From positions 1-32,342 of the forward strand of contig JBHJGN010000097.1 of NCBI GenBank assembly GCA_050331735.1: DNA of 32,342 nucleotides. The letters run 5' to 3'. Origin of the DNA: Cyanophyceae cyanobacterium. Lineage in GTDB: Bacteria; Cyanobacteriota; Cyanobacteriia; Cyanobacteriales; JBHJGN01. The notes beneath the pieces are model-generated. The model had not been told where the DNA came from. It made no database searches and saw only the letters and a program-made list of their open reading frames with translations. The stretch's first letter is position 1; the number at the start of each line of letters is the position of its first letter. Position numbers and translations under genes: made by a program. Shown in pieces: positions 1 to 9,126 of the stretch.

Positions 1-152
1 ACCAACTGGATGCCGAGGTAGCGCTTCAGATGGCTTAGCAAGCCCCACAGTATGCGGATCAAGAACAACATCATGCCGAGCAAGAACGGCAGAGAGCAGC
101 ACGATTAGCGGAAAGACTGCGTCAAGCTGGCATCGACCCAAATACGGTTTAA
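1..152 (+). pseudogene. 3' remnant of a Uma2/DUF820-like gene (coiled-coil tail) with an in-frame stop
   Basis: Frame from nt 3 reads QLDAEVALQMA*QAPQYADQEQHHAEQERQRAARLAERLRQAGIDPNTV* (TAG at 36-38, TAA at 150-152). AEQERQRA..LAERLR..GIDP is the typical C-terminal tail of cyanobacterial Uma2-family proteins. The 5' part is outside the window. Confidence 0.55.
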
Positions 153-226
153 GCAGCCTGACAGTTAGCGCAGCGCTGCTTTACCGTAAATCAATGCTGC
201 AAGGACTCCGGCAGCATTGCTGTTGG

Positions 227-1636
227 CTAAATGGCGGGACGGCGAAACTGGGCCACGATATAAACAATCGTGCCAGCCGCCATACCAGGCAGCACTTCAT
301 ATACCGCCCCCGACAGCCCCAGACCCAAATTCCAGAGGAGAGCAGCGGCAATGCCGGCTCCCATCATCGCGACCGCCACTGGGACGCTCACCGGTTGCTG
401 GAGCGATCGCACCACCAGTAGCGGACCGAGCCCAGATGCTAATGAGGACCAGGAAAACGTAATCAGCCGAAAAACGTTGTCGCTCCCGGTCAACGCGACT
501 GCTAAAATAATCGCGGTCACCGTCAGCGTCCCGAGTTTGGCGTACCGATAGGAATGGGCCATTGCTGGAAAGAGATCTTGAGTGAGGGCCGCAGAACAGG
601 AAAGAATCTGTGAATCAGCCGTAGAGATAGTAGCGGCAAACAGCCCAGCCAGCATCATGCCCACTAACACAACAGGCAGCAAATCGATAGCTAAATAGGG
701 CAGGGCCAGTTCCGGATCGCCAGAGGTTGCCAGTTCTGGCAACAGCGCTCTTGAAGCTAAACCAACCCCAATGGCGCAGGTGGCGATCGCGATTGTAGAG
801 GCCAGTTTGATGTTGCGAGCCAAAATTAGACTATTGGGCGACTTAATCGCCATCGCCCGCACGACGATATGCGGCTGGCCAACAACGCCAAATCCGCCGA
901 CTCCCCAACTGATCAAAAACGGCAGCATCCCAAACTGAAGCTGTGCTGGCTCTAAACTAACCAACGCCGGATCGATTTCATAAAGCTGATTCCACAGTCC
1001 TGCCAGTCCGCCGCCGCTGATCGTGGCTGCCACAAACAGCAGCAGCAAACAGCCCAGCATCAACACGGCCTGAACAGCATCGGTCCAAATCGAGGCCCGA
1101 ATCCCGCCAGAAAAGCAGTAAATGACCACAATCACGGCTCCCACAATTACGCCCAAGTAATAGTTCCAGCCAAATACGGCGTTGAGAGCTTTGCTGCCAG
1201 CAATCAACTGAGCCGCCGCATAAAAGCTTAAAAAGGCAATGGTAATCAGGGCCGAAACAATAGTCGTCAGATCGCCTCCCTTCTGATTCTGACCCAAAAA
1301 GGAAGAAACCGTATCGGAAGCGCTGGCTTCAGACAGCGTACGTAATCGTCTAAACACGAACCACCAGGCCAGATAGTCTCCGATTACCCAGCCAACCGTT
1401 ACCCAAACTGTAGACAGTCCGAGCATGTAGGTAAAACCTACGCCACCAATAAATAACTGTCCGCTGCGCTCAGTGGCCATAGCCGACAGCGCAATCAGCC
1501 ACGGATTCACGTTACGGCTCGCCAGCAGGTAGTCTGTGGTCGTTTTTTGCTGGTGTTTGGCTGAATAAATGCCCACCACAATAAACAACACCAGGAAAAC
1601 AACAAAAGTAGCGGCAATGACAATTTGATTAGCCAT
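227..1636 (-). CDS. sodium:solute symporter (SSS family, PutP-like)
   Basis: 469 aa, highly hydrophobic; DYLLASR, YCFSGGIRASIWTDAVQ, GQPHIVVRAM, AATISTADSQ motifs of SSS transporters. Substrate is not certain. Confidence 0.85.
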   Translation of the reverse strand: MANQIVIAATFVVFLVLFIVVGIYSAKHQQKTTTDYLLASRNVNPWLIALSAMATERSGQLFIGGVGFTYMLGLSTVWVTVGWVIGDYLAWWFVFRRLRTLSEASASDTVSSFLGQNQKGGDLTTIVSALITIAFLSFYAAAQLIAGSKALNAVFGWNYYLGVIVGAVIVVIYCFSGGIRASIWTDAVQAVLMLGCLLLLFVAATISGGGLAGLWNQLYEIDPALVSLEPAQLQFGMLPFLISWGVGGFGVVGQPHIVVRAMAIKSPNSLILARNIKLASTIAIATCAIGVGLASRALLPELATSGDPELALPYLAIDLLPVVLVGMMLAGLFAATISTADSQILSCSAALTQDLFPAMAHSYRYAKLGTLTVTAIILAVALTGSDNVFRLITFSWSSLASGLGPLLVVRSLQQPVSVPVAVAMMGAGIAAALLWNLGLGLSGAVYEVLPGMAAGTIVYIVAQFRRPAI

Positions 1637-1759
1637 AAACAGACCTGTGGTAGAGGCGTTTTTAACAAATTAAACCACAAACAAATGTAGCTCTGCATAG
1701 ATTCAGTAGAGAACACAGGCTTAATCGTCAGAGATCCATCAACCATCAACGAGCAACAG

Positions 1760-2530
1760 TCAGCGGAGCAGTAACTCAACCAGTTCACAAAATCCAGCCC
1801 CTTCACTCTGGTGTGTGATATAGGCTGGCTGGTGCTTGAGCTGAGAGCGATAGTGAAGGACGTTAGCGACGCCAACTGAGTGAGGAAACTTGTCGGGGTC
1901 AAAGAGAGATTCATCGTTTGGGCTATCGCCAACCGTGAGCACTTCGTTGGGCTTCAGGTGAGAAAAGTACCGCTGGAGAATCTGAAGCAAACTAGAGGCT
2001 TTATCCTGCTGTCGTGGTTTGATATGACACTGCACAGTACTATAGGTAAAGCTCCAGCCCTGTTGCCGACAGAGGTGGCCCACCTGCCGTAGTTCAGTTG
2101 TCGTTAAGCCTTGAACGTCGAAGGTCCAGTCGGTCAAGCGAAAGCGATTATCCGCCGCTTCTTCCATCTGTGGAAACTGACTTTGTAGCCAGTGAAAGGT
2201 TTCCGCGAGCTGCTGGCGATGAGCATTTAGATCGGGAATGGCCGTCAAAACCTCCGGCTCTGAGGAAGCATAGTACACTCCGCCATTTTCGGCGATCGCC
2301 CCCGCCACTGGCAAATAATTCCACACCCCGTTGACCCATCCCGCCGAACGCCCTGTCACAATGACAACCGGAAGATTGGCTCTCGCCAAATCCTCTAAAG
2401 CCTGAAGCAGAAAGGACGTAAATTTTCCCCGACTCGTCAGCGTCCCGTCCATATCTGTCGCCACCAGACGCACTTTCCGCAAGCCCAACGAATCCTCAGC
2501 AAGTGGAATCAGCATAATCACAATCAACAA
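1760..2530 (-). CDS. HAD-superfamily hydrolase, subfamily IIB (Cof-like)
   Basis: Motif I ATDMDGTLT, motif II VTGRS, AENGG, motif IV GDSPND. The true start may be a few codons downstream. Confidence 0.88.
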   Translation of the reverse strand: MLIVIMLIPLAEDSLGLRKVRLVATDMDGTLTSRGKFTSFLLQALEDLARANLPVVIVTGRSAGWVNGVWNYLPVAGAIAENGGVYYASSEPEVLTAIPDLNAHRQQLAETFHWLQSQFPQMEEAADNRFRLTDWTFDVQGLTTTELRQVGHLCRQQGWSFTYSTVQCHIKPRQQDKASSLLQILQRYFSHLKPNEVLTVGDSPNDESLFDPDKFPHSVGVANVLHYRSQLKHQPAYITHQSEGAGFCELVELLLR

Positions 2531-2576
2531 CGATCAGTGACTACATTAGCTGATTAACTGGTTCATTGTTTATGGT

Positions 2577-3149
2577 TCACTGATGGAGCTGAATCTGTAC
2601 TTTCTGCACTCCGTCTGCTACATCTATCTCTAGAATTTGCGATGACGGCTGTTTTGGGAGAATACTAATCGAGCCACTACTTTCTTGCACGGCCACTTCT
2701 ACCTGAGACGGATTTCTGAGCTGGGCATTTTGACGCAGAGTTGATTCTAGATCTTTTTGACTGATGTGGTACTTGTGCAATACCTTAGTCTGGACTTGGC
2801 CATCCTGAATTAACACGCGGGAGCGACCTTTAATCAGAGTCCCAAAGCTCTCGAACTGACAAGCAAGAAACGCCACCAGCCAGTGGATGCTCACCAGAAC
2901 CGCCCCAGCCACTAAGGTTTTAAAAAAGGGAGCAGAGCCATTAATCCCACGGCTAAGGGTCGAGCCGAGAATCACGCCGAGAATCACATCAAACGCCGCG
3001 TGTTTGCCAGTAAAGCGGCGATCGCCTCCCGTCCTCACAATGAATAATCCAAACAGATAGATCGTAGCGGCCCGCGCTCCCATCTGCCAGAAGGTCAGCG
3101 TCTCCGCATTCAGTCCCAGTAGCCAGTCAATTCCTGCGCCAATCTGCAT
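2577..3149 (-). CDS. DUF421/YetF-family membrane protein
   Basis: Three N-terminal hydrophobic segments (AAFDVILGVILG), then LIQDGQV...DLESTLR...QESSGSISILP, the YetF C-terminal pattern. Confidence 0.8.
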   Translation of the reverse strand: MQIGAGIDWLLGLNAETLTFWQMGARAATIYLFGLFIVRTGGDRRFTGKHAAFDVILGVILGSTLSRGINGSAPFFKTLVAGAVLVSIHWLVAFLACQFESFGTLIKGRSRVLIQDGQVQTKVLHKYHISQKDLESTLRQNAQLRNPSQVEVAVQESSGSISILPKQPSSQILEIDVADGVQKVQIQLHQ

Positions 3150-3200
3150 ATTCTAAACCTGCTAGCTGCTCTCTCACTATCCTAGAGCGATGGAATGTTT

Positions 3201-4268
3201 TTAGTTCAACACGGCATCTTCAATAATAGTCTCATCATCGAGAGACGAAGCGCGGTTAGTCGTTTTAGAGGATGCGACGGCTTCCCAAGTCCAGCCATCA
3301 TTGTGAACCAGCGCCAGCAGCAGTTGTCGCCGTCGCGTAATCTGTTTTGTGGCTTGCCAAAATTCCTCATCGCTCACGGTAGGAATGCCCCTGATTCTAA
3401 GTAAGTCAAGCGCAGGAAAGGGAGGACTGTGAGAGGAAGGATTCAGATAGGCGGATTTGAGAGTTTTGAGAAAGGCAGCACTGGCGCGGCGGGCTGCTTC
3501 CAAAGCCGCGGCATCAGGTCGGTATGTTTCCTCGACGGCATAGTGCAGCAGAGTTAGGGCTTCGTCAAGAGCCACAATACTGAGGACCATCGCTCTAGAA
3601 CGCTCTAGGCTATGGAAATAGTGAAGCACAGGATAGGTGAGATGGGATTCTCCCAAGGTGCTCAAGAGAGGAGTTAAGTTGATGAGATGCTGATCGAGTT
3701 GTCCAAAATCTTTGCCGTTCCAGGTTCTCGTTAAGATTTCGTCTCCTGTCCCGCCCAGAGAAGAAAGATAGATAGCCAAACTCCGCTTGGCGGTAGCGGC
3801 TGAAACCACTGGTAAAAGATAGGCAACTCCTAGCGTCACCAGGAAAAAACCGTTAGCCGAGGCGACGGCGGTTGCCATTTGCCAGAAAATCCCTTGGGGC
3901 TGATAATCTCCCATGCCGAGGGTAGAAATGGTAAATCCTGTAAAGTAAATTCTCTCCCAAATACTGGCTGGCTGAAGGTTGGAAGCTTTGACGACGGCTC
4001 CCTCAGTCGCCGAAAATAGCAGCGTCCAGCCAAACCAGGTTAGAAATAGCCAGACCAGCACTAAACCAACAAGAATTACCCAGCCCATAGTGGCCAACAT
4101 TCGATGGTTGGAGCGCTGGCGATGAATCTGGAGCGCCACCCACCACAAAGCACTAGAAATTCTGCCTGTGATAATGCCTGCACCGCCAACAGTGAGCGTT
4201 GTTACCAAAGCGTCTAGCGTCGTCATCAAAACAATCAGGAGTCCGAGGACGGCGAGCAGAATAGACAT
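3201..4268 (-). CDS. potassium channel family protein (Ion_trans_2)
   Basis: Transmembrane helices flanking a pore segment IYFTGFTISTLGMGDYQP; C-terminal SHLTYPVLHYFH. Confidence 0.75.
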   Translation of the reverse strand: MSILLAVLGLLIVLMTTLDALVTTLTVGGAGIITGRISSALWWVALQIHRQRSNHRMLATMGWVILVGLVLVWLFLTWFGWTLLFSATEGAVVKASNLQPASIWERIYFTGFTISTLGMGDYQPQGIFWQMATAVASANGFFLVTLGVAYLLPVVSAATAKRSLAIYLSSLGGTGDEILTRTWNGKDFGQLDQHLINLTPLLSTLGESHLTYPVLHYFHSLERSRAMVLSIVALDEALTLLHYAVEETYRPDAAALEAARRASAAFLKTLKSAYLNPSSHSPPFPALDLLRIRGIPTVSDEEFWQATKQITRRRQLLLALVHNDGWTWEAVASSKTTNRASSLDDETIIEDAVLN

Positions 4269-4364
4269 AAGCGAACTTCTTTTGGCTGGGCTAATAGGTT
4301 ACTGTAGTTTCAAGCAAGAGTACCTGTATCCAATGAAATATTCTCAATTAACTTTGTCAAATTG

Positions 4365-5771
4365 ATGGTCAATAACGCAAACACCCGCACTGAAAGAGAT
4401 TCTCTGGGAGAACGGCAGCTTCCTGCCGATGCTTATTACGGCATTCAAACGCTGAGAGCCACAGAGAACTTTGCCATTAGCGGTATTAAGCCTCTCCCAA
4501 CCTATGTCGATGCCTGTGTGCTGATTAAAAAAGCCGCAGCGATCGCCAACGGCGAACTCGGCTGCATCCCCACCGAAATGAGCAACGCCATTGTGCTGGC
4601 GGCAGATGAAGTCCTCAACGGCAAATTTCGGGAGCAGTTTGTGGTGGATATTTATCAGGCGGGGGCGGGAACGTCTCATCACATGAACGTCAATGAAGTG
4701 TTAGCCAATCGGGCGTTAGAAATTATTGGAGAGGAGAAAGGCAACTATCACCGCATCAGCCCCAACGATCACGTCAACTACGGTCAATCGACCAACGACG
4801 TAATTCCGACCGCGATTCGGATTGGCTCAATCTTGGCGCTGGAGCATTTCCTCGATCCAGCCCTGGAAGAAGCGATCGCGACTCTAACCAATAGGGCCAC
4901 GGAATTTGCCGATGTTATTAAATCGGGGAGAACCCACCTTCAGGATGCTGTCCCAGTCAGGCTAGGAGACGAATTTGGCGCTTGGGCGCAGATTCTCGCT
5001 GAGCATCGAGCCAGAATCAGACGTTCAGAAGTCGATCTTTATACTGTGGGACTAGGCGGGAGTGCGGCTGGAACCGGATTAAACACCCATCCCCAGTATC
5101 GCCATCGCGTTGCCCAAATTCTCTCAAAACTGCTCGACAAACCCCTGAAAAGTGCGCCTCACCTGATGGCAGCGATGCAGAGTATGGCACCCTTTGTTAG
5201 TGTTTCTGGGGCATTACGGAACCTCGCCCAAGACTGCGTAAAAATCTCCCACGATCTGCGATTGATGGATTCTGGTCCGCAGGTGGGGCTCAAAGAAATT
5301 CAGTTGCCGCCGGTGCAGCCCGGTTCGTCGATTATGCCTGGAAAGTACAATCCGGTGATGGCGGAGATGACTTCGATGGTCTGTTTTCAGGTCATGGGCT
5401 ATGATACAGCTATTGTCTTTGCTGCCCAAGCCGGTCAGCTAGAGCTGAACGTGATGATGCCTCTGATTGCTTACAATCTCATTCACAGTATCGAAATCTT
5501 AGGAAATACGATTAAAGCTCTGACCGAACGCTGTTTAGAGGGAATCCAAGCCAATCGCGATCGCTGTTTGGCCTACGCTGAAGGCAGCTTGGCTTTAGTG
5601 ACAGCCCTCAATCCTTATATTGGCTACCTGAATGCGGCAGCCGTGGCCAAAGAGTCTTTAGAAACCGGTAAACCAATCCGGCAAATTGTTTTAGAAAAAG
5701 AGCTCCTCAGCGAAGCACAACTGGCTCAGGTTTTAGATTTAGAAAAAATGAGTATGCGACCCGAGCCTTAA
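4365..5771 (+). CDS. aspA: aspartate ammonia-lyase (fumarase/aspartase superfamily)
   Basis: RTERDSLG, YYGIQTLRA, QAGAGTSHHMNVNEV, KSGRTHLQDA and the signature GSSIMPGKYNP. Class II fumarase activity cannot be fully excluded. ATG at 4365. Confidence 0.82.
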   Translation: MVNNANTRTERDSLGERQLPADAYYGIQTLRATENFAISGIKPLPTYVDACVLIKKAAAIANGELGCIPTEMSNAIVLAADEVLNGKFREQFVVDIYQAGAGTSHHMNVNEVLANRALEIIGEEKGNYHRISPNDHVNYGQSTNDVIPTAIRIGSILALEHFLDPALEEAIATLTNRATEFADVIKSGRTHLQDAVPVRLGDEFGAWAQILAEHRARIRRSEVDLYTVGLGGSAAGTGLNTHPQYRHRVAQILSKLLDKPLKSAPHLMAAMQSMAPFVSVSGALRNLAQDCVKISHDLRLMDSGPQVGLKEIQLPPVQPGSSIMPGKYNPVMAEMTSMVCFQVMGYDTAIVFAAQAGQLELNVMMPLIAYNLIHSIEILGNTIKALTERCLEGIQANRDRCLAYAEGSLALVTALNPYIGYLNAAAVAKESLETGKPIRQIVLEKELLSEAQLAQVLDLEKMSMRPEP

Positions 5772-5952
5772 TCCGCTTACTGAGCAGTTAAGGTGAACGA
5801 CTGTTCACGGAAACTTCTTCAGGAACTCAGGAGGAGATTATAACAGTGTAGCGGCATCAAAGCTTGCTCAGCGAAGAGTTTTACTGTTGACTTCTCATTC
5901 CTGACTTCTGCTCTAAAAGCTGTCGATCGAGAAAGGGACGATTAATTCACGG

Positions 5953-6429
5953 ATGACTAAGGAGCATATTTATCGCGCCCTGACTGTTTGGACAGGAGCC
6001 CAGAAAGGCACGACCTCTGACTATGAATCTTATTCGCGCGAATATACGGTTGTGATTCAAGGCAAGCTGCCTTTTGTTGGCTCGGCTGATCCCGCGTTCC
6101 GAGGCAATTCTCATCTCTATAATCCAGAGGAGCTGCTCGTAATCTCGTTATCGGCTTGCCACATGCTCAGCTACCTTGCCCTGTGCGCTCGCGCTGGCAT
6201 CTGTGTCTTTTCTTACTCTGATGAAGCGTGTGGCAAGATGACGAATCGGGAGCAGAAGATGAGGTTTACAGAGGTGACTTTACATCCAGAGGTCATTATA
6301 GAAGCCGGCAGTGACCTCCGCCAAGCTCAAGGATTTCATCAGCAGGCTCATCAACAATGCTTTATTGCTAATTCTATGGCCTTTCCGGTACTGCACAAAC
6401 CGATTGTTCGTTACCTGGAAGCTCCATAG
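5953..6429 (+). CDS. OsmC/Ohr-family protein
   Basis: GSADPAFRG, NPEELL..SLSACHML and AHQQCFIANS, with both conserved Cys. Confidence 0.85.
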   Translation: MTKEHIYRALTVWTGAQKGTTSDYESYSREYTVVIQGKLPFVGSADPAFRGNSHLYNPEELLVISLSACHMLSYLALCARAGICVFSYSDEACGKMTNREQKMRFTEVTLHPEVIIEAGSDLRQAQGFHQQAHQQCFIANSMAFPVLHKPIVRYLEAP

Positions 6430-6431
6430 AC

Positions 6432-7103
6432 TCACTCAGGCAGTAGCTCTTCTATGTCTAAATTTGAGGCAGCCTGAACGAGCTGAGCGATGGCGTCAGG
6501 ATCGGCTAGATAGGGAATCGTTCCCAAAATCGGAACGTTGGTTAAAGACTGAATCAGCTCAACGGGGGTCCAATCCGCTCGTTTTGACTCTGCCTGGGCA
6601 GACGAGCAGTTAAGCACAATGCCTATCACCTGCACTCCTGCTGCGCGCGCTAACGCCACGTTGGCAACAGCAGCGGCGATCGCTCCTAGCTTTACTGGCA
6701 CTACCAGCACCGTCGGCAAGCGCCAGTCTCGCGCTAGATCGGCAACGGTGAGTTCCCAGGTGACGGGCGAGCCGAGTCCTCCTAACGCTTCAACCAAGAC
6801 GAACTGGTGCTGAGAGAGCGCTTTAAAAGCCTGCCAAACCACAGCTAAATCAACGGAGCGGCCTTCTCTGGCGGCGGCAACGGGCGGCGCGACAGGCTCT
6901 TTGAATTGCAGAGGAACGCTCATTTGAATCGAGGTGTCTGAAAACAGTTGGGAGTAGGTTTGGCGATCGCCTTCCCCGGTTTGCAGCAGCTTCATCAAGC
7001 CAAGGGGATCAGACCGGTAGGTTTGCCAGTAGGCAGCGAGCGCCGCTGTCAGGACTGTTTTCCCAACATCAGTATCTGTTCCTGCAATTAGCAGTGCTTT
7101 CAT
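6432..7103 (-). CDS. bioD: dethiobiotin synthase
   Basis: IAGTDTDVGKT P-loop, VEALGGLGSP, VPVKLGAI. Start placed at ATG 7103 (MKALLIAG) rather than the longer ORF start 7175. Confidence 0.92.
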   Translation of the reverse strand: MKALLIAGTDTDVGKTVLTAALAAYWQTYRSDPLGLMKLLQTGEGDRQTYSQLFSDTSIQMSVPLQFKEPVAPPVAAAREGRSVDLAVVWQAFKALSQHQFVLVEALGGLGSPVTWELTVADLARDWRLPTVLVVPVKLGAIAAAVANVALARAAGVQVIGIVLNCSSAQAESKRADWTPVELIQSLTNVPILGTIPYLADPDAIAQLVQAASNLDIEELLPE

Positions 7104-7379
7104 AAACGGACCGCAAGTCTTTCCTAATTGAAGTGGCGATCGCATTCTCTCATTTTTTGCCTGCCAAACAGACAATCATCAAGAGAAGAACGCCGTCAAT
7201 CGGTATCGTTGTCCAAAAAATTGCTCGAGGTCGGGAGTCATGTTACTTAGATCAACAGAGTAGTCAAAACCATCTTCAGTATATTTGCGAAAAATACTTC
7301 AGTTTTGGGTCGAGTGTAATCTTCTTTTAACCATAAAATAGAAACTTGAGATACAGCCATCAATTGAGAAGAATCTGCC

Positions 7380-8369
7380 GTGAGCTATTCTGCGACTTTA
7401 ACCCTCGATCCGGTGCCGCCGCCGCTGTCTGACAACAATCGTTTGCGGTTATTTTCTGGATCTGCCAATATTCCCCTAGCCGAAGAAGTGGCCCGCTATC
7501 TGGGGTTAGATTTAGGACCGATGATTCGCAAAAATTTTGCCGATGGAGAACTATACGTGCAAATTCAGGAATCCATCCGAGGGTGCGATGTTTACCTGAT
7601 CCAGCCCTGCTGCTACCCTGTCAACGATCACCTCATGGAATTGCTGATCATGATTGATGCCTGTCGTCGAGCCTCAGCACGACAGATTACAGCAGTGATT
7701 CCTTACTATTGTTATGCTCGAGCCGATCGAAAAACGGCGGGGCGCGAATCGATTGCCGCGAAGCTAGTGGCCAACCTTATGACAGAAGCCGGAGCGCATC
7801 GTGTCTTGGCGATGGATTTGCACTCGGCTCAAATTCAGGGATACTTTGATATTCCGTTCGACCATGTTTACGGGTCTCCGGTCGTGCTGGATTACTTGGC
7901 GAGCAAAAATCTCCCGGATCTCGTTGTGGTGTCGCCGGATGTCGGCGGGGTTGCCAGAGCGAGAGCATTTGCTAAAAAGCTTGATGATGCTCCTTTAGCA
8001 ATTATCGATAAACGTCGTCAAGCTCATAACGTTGCTGAAGTGATGAACGTCATTGGCGATGTCGAAGGCAAGACGGCTGTGTTAGTAGACGACATGATTG
8101 ATACAGCAGGCACGATTTCTGAAGGAGCGCGAATCTTGCGCCGGGAAGGGGCCCGACAGGTCTACGCCTGCGCTACCCATGCCGTTTTCTCTGGACCAGC
8201 CATTGAGCGCCTCTCAAGCGGCGTTTTTGAAGAAGTCATTGTCACCAATACCATTCCCATCGAGCCTCGCCGTTTTGACCAGCTAACGGTTCTTTCCGTG
8301 GCTAATTTACTCGGTGAGACAATCTGGCGGATTCACGAAGATAGTTCGGTCAGCAGCATGTTTAGATAA
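7380..8369 (+). CDS. prs: ribose-phosphate pyrophosphokinase
   Basis: FADGELYVQIQESIRG, YARADRK, DLHSAQIQGYF, VSPDVGGVARA, VDDMIDTAGT. GTG start. Confidence 0.97.
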   Translation: MSYSATLTLDPVPPPLSDNNRLRLFSGSANIPLAEEVARYLGLDLGPMIRKNFADGELYVQIQESIRGCDVYLIQPCCYPVNDHLMELLIMIDACRRASARQITAVIPYYCYARADRKTAGRESIAAKLVANLMTEAGAHRVLAMDLHSAQIQGYFDIPFDHVYGSPVVLDYLASKNLPDLVVVSPDVGGVARARAFAKKLDDAPLAIIDKRRQAHNVAEVMNVIGDVEGKTAVLVDDMIDTAGTISEGARILRREGARQVYACATHAVFSGPAIERLSSGVFEEVIVTNTIPIEPRRFDQLTVLSVANLLGETIWRIHEDSSVSSMFR

Positions 8370-8371
8370 TT

Positions 8372-8407
8372 AAGCAAGAGAGATGAGCGTTTTCGTCTCT
8401 CTTGCTT
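8372..8407. terminator. hairpin between convergent prs and lepB
   Basis: AAGCAAGAGAGATG (8372-8385) pairs with CGTCTCTCTTGCTT (8394-8407): 14-bp stem with one G-T. Confidence 0.7.
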
Positions 8408-8416
8408 GAGGTTTTG

Positions 8417-9004
8417 CTAATTTTGTCCAGAATAAACAGGCGCCTCATCGATAGACCCAAGGCGGTTAGGGGGCCAAAAGCGAACCGCCGCTCGACCAAT
8501 GAGGTTATCGCGAGGAACAAACCCCCAATAGTGAGAATCGTAGCTATTGTTGCGGTTGTCTCCCAAGACGAGATACTGATCGTCAGGAACGACAACGGGA
8601 CCGTAATCATATTCTGGTTCTTCTGCGATATATTTCTCACGCAGGGCTTGACCATTAACAAACACTCGTCCTCCCTTCACTTCTATTTCTTCTCCAGGAA
8701 GACCAATAACCCTCTTGATAAAAGCATCTCTAAAGTTTTGCTGCTGGAGAGCTTCGGTTGGGGAAAAAACAACGACATCGCCGCGTTCGGGGTTTCTTAA
8801 TCGATACGTAATTTTCTCGATAATTAGGCGATCATTAATTTCTAGGGTTGGTTCCATAGAGCCGGAGGGAATGTAGCGTGCTTCTGCAACGAAGGTACGA
8901 ATACCCAACGCTAAAGCCCCCGCCATGACAACTGTCTTGATTAGTTCTACCCAGGGATTTTCTTTCTCTGTTTGTTTTGGCTTTTGCTTGATGCTTCGAG
9001 TCAT
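8417..9004 (-). CDS. lepB: signal peptidase I
   Basis: YIPSGSMEPTL (catalytic Ser), FIKRVIGLPG (catalytic Lys), GDNRNNSYDSHYWG; one N-terminal transmembrane helix. Confidence 0.95.
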   Translation of the reverse strand: MTRSIKQKPKQTEKENPWVELIKTVVMAGALALGIRTFVAEARYIPSGSMEPTLEINDRLIIEKITYRLRNPERGDVVVFSPTEALQQQNFRDAFIKRVIGLPGEEIEVKGGRVFVNGQALREKYIAEEPEYDYGPVVVPDDQYLVLGDNRNNSYDSHYWGFVPRDNLIGRAAVRFWPPNRLGSIDEAPVYSGQN

Positions 9005-9126
9005 AGTGATTCAATGACAGTCAATTTGTGAGGATTTGTGAAGAACGTGAATGCAGAAGAACTGTTCTTAGTTTAACTACACCTGAGTCAGTGTGACTAT
9101 TAAAGAATCGTTGAATTTTTATCGCT

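Noticed and set aside
1687..1700. NtcA site upstream of the symporter (GTA-N8-TAG)
   Set aside because: Mismatch in the conserved TAC half and no clearly spaced -10.
5793..5912. Small hairpin and TGACTTC-type heptamers after aspA
   Set aside because: Short, degenerate, ordinary cyanobacterial intergenic repeats; too weak to call an element.
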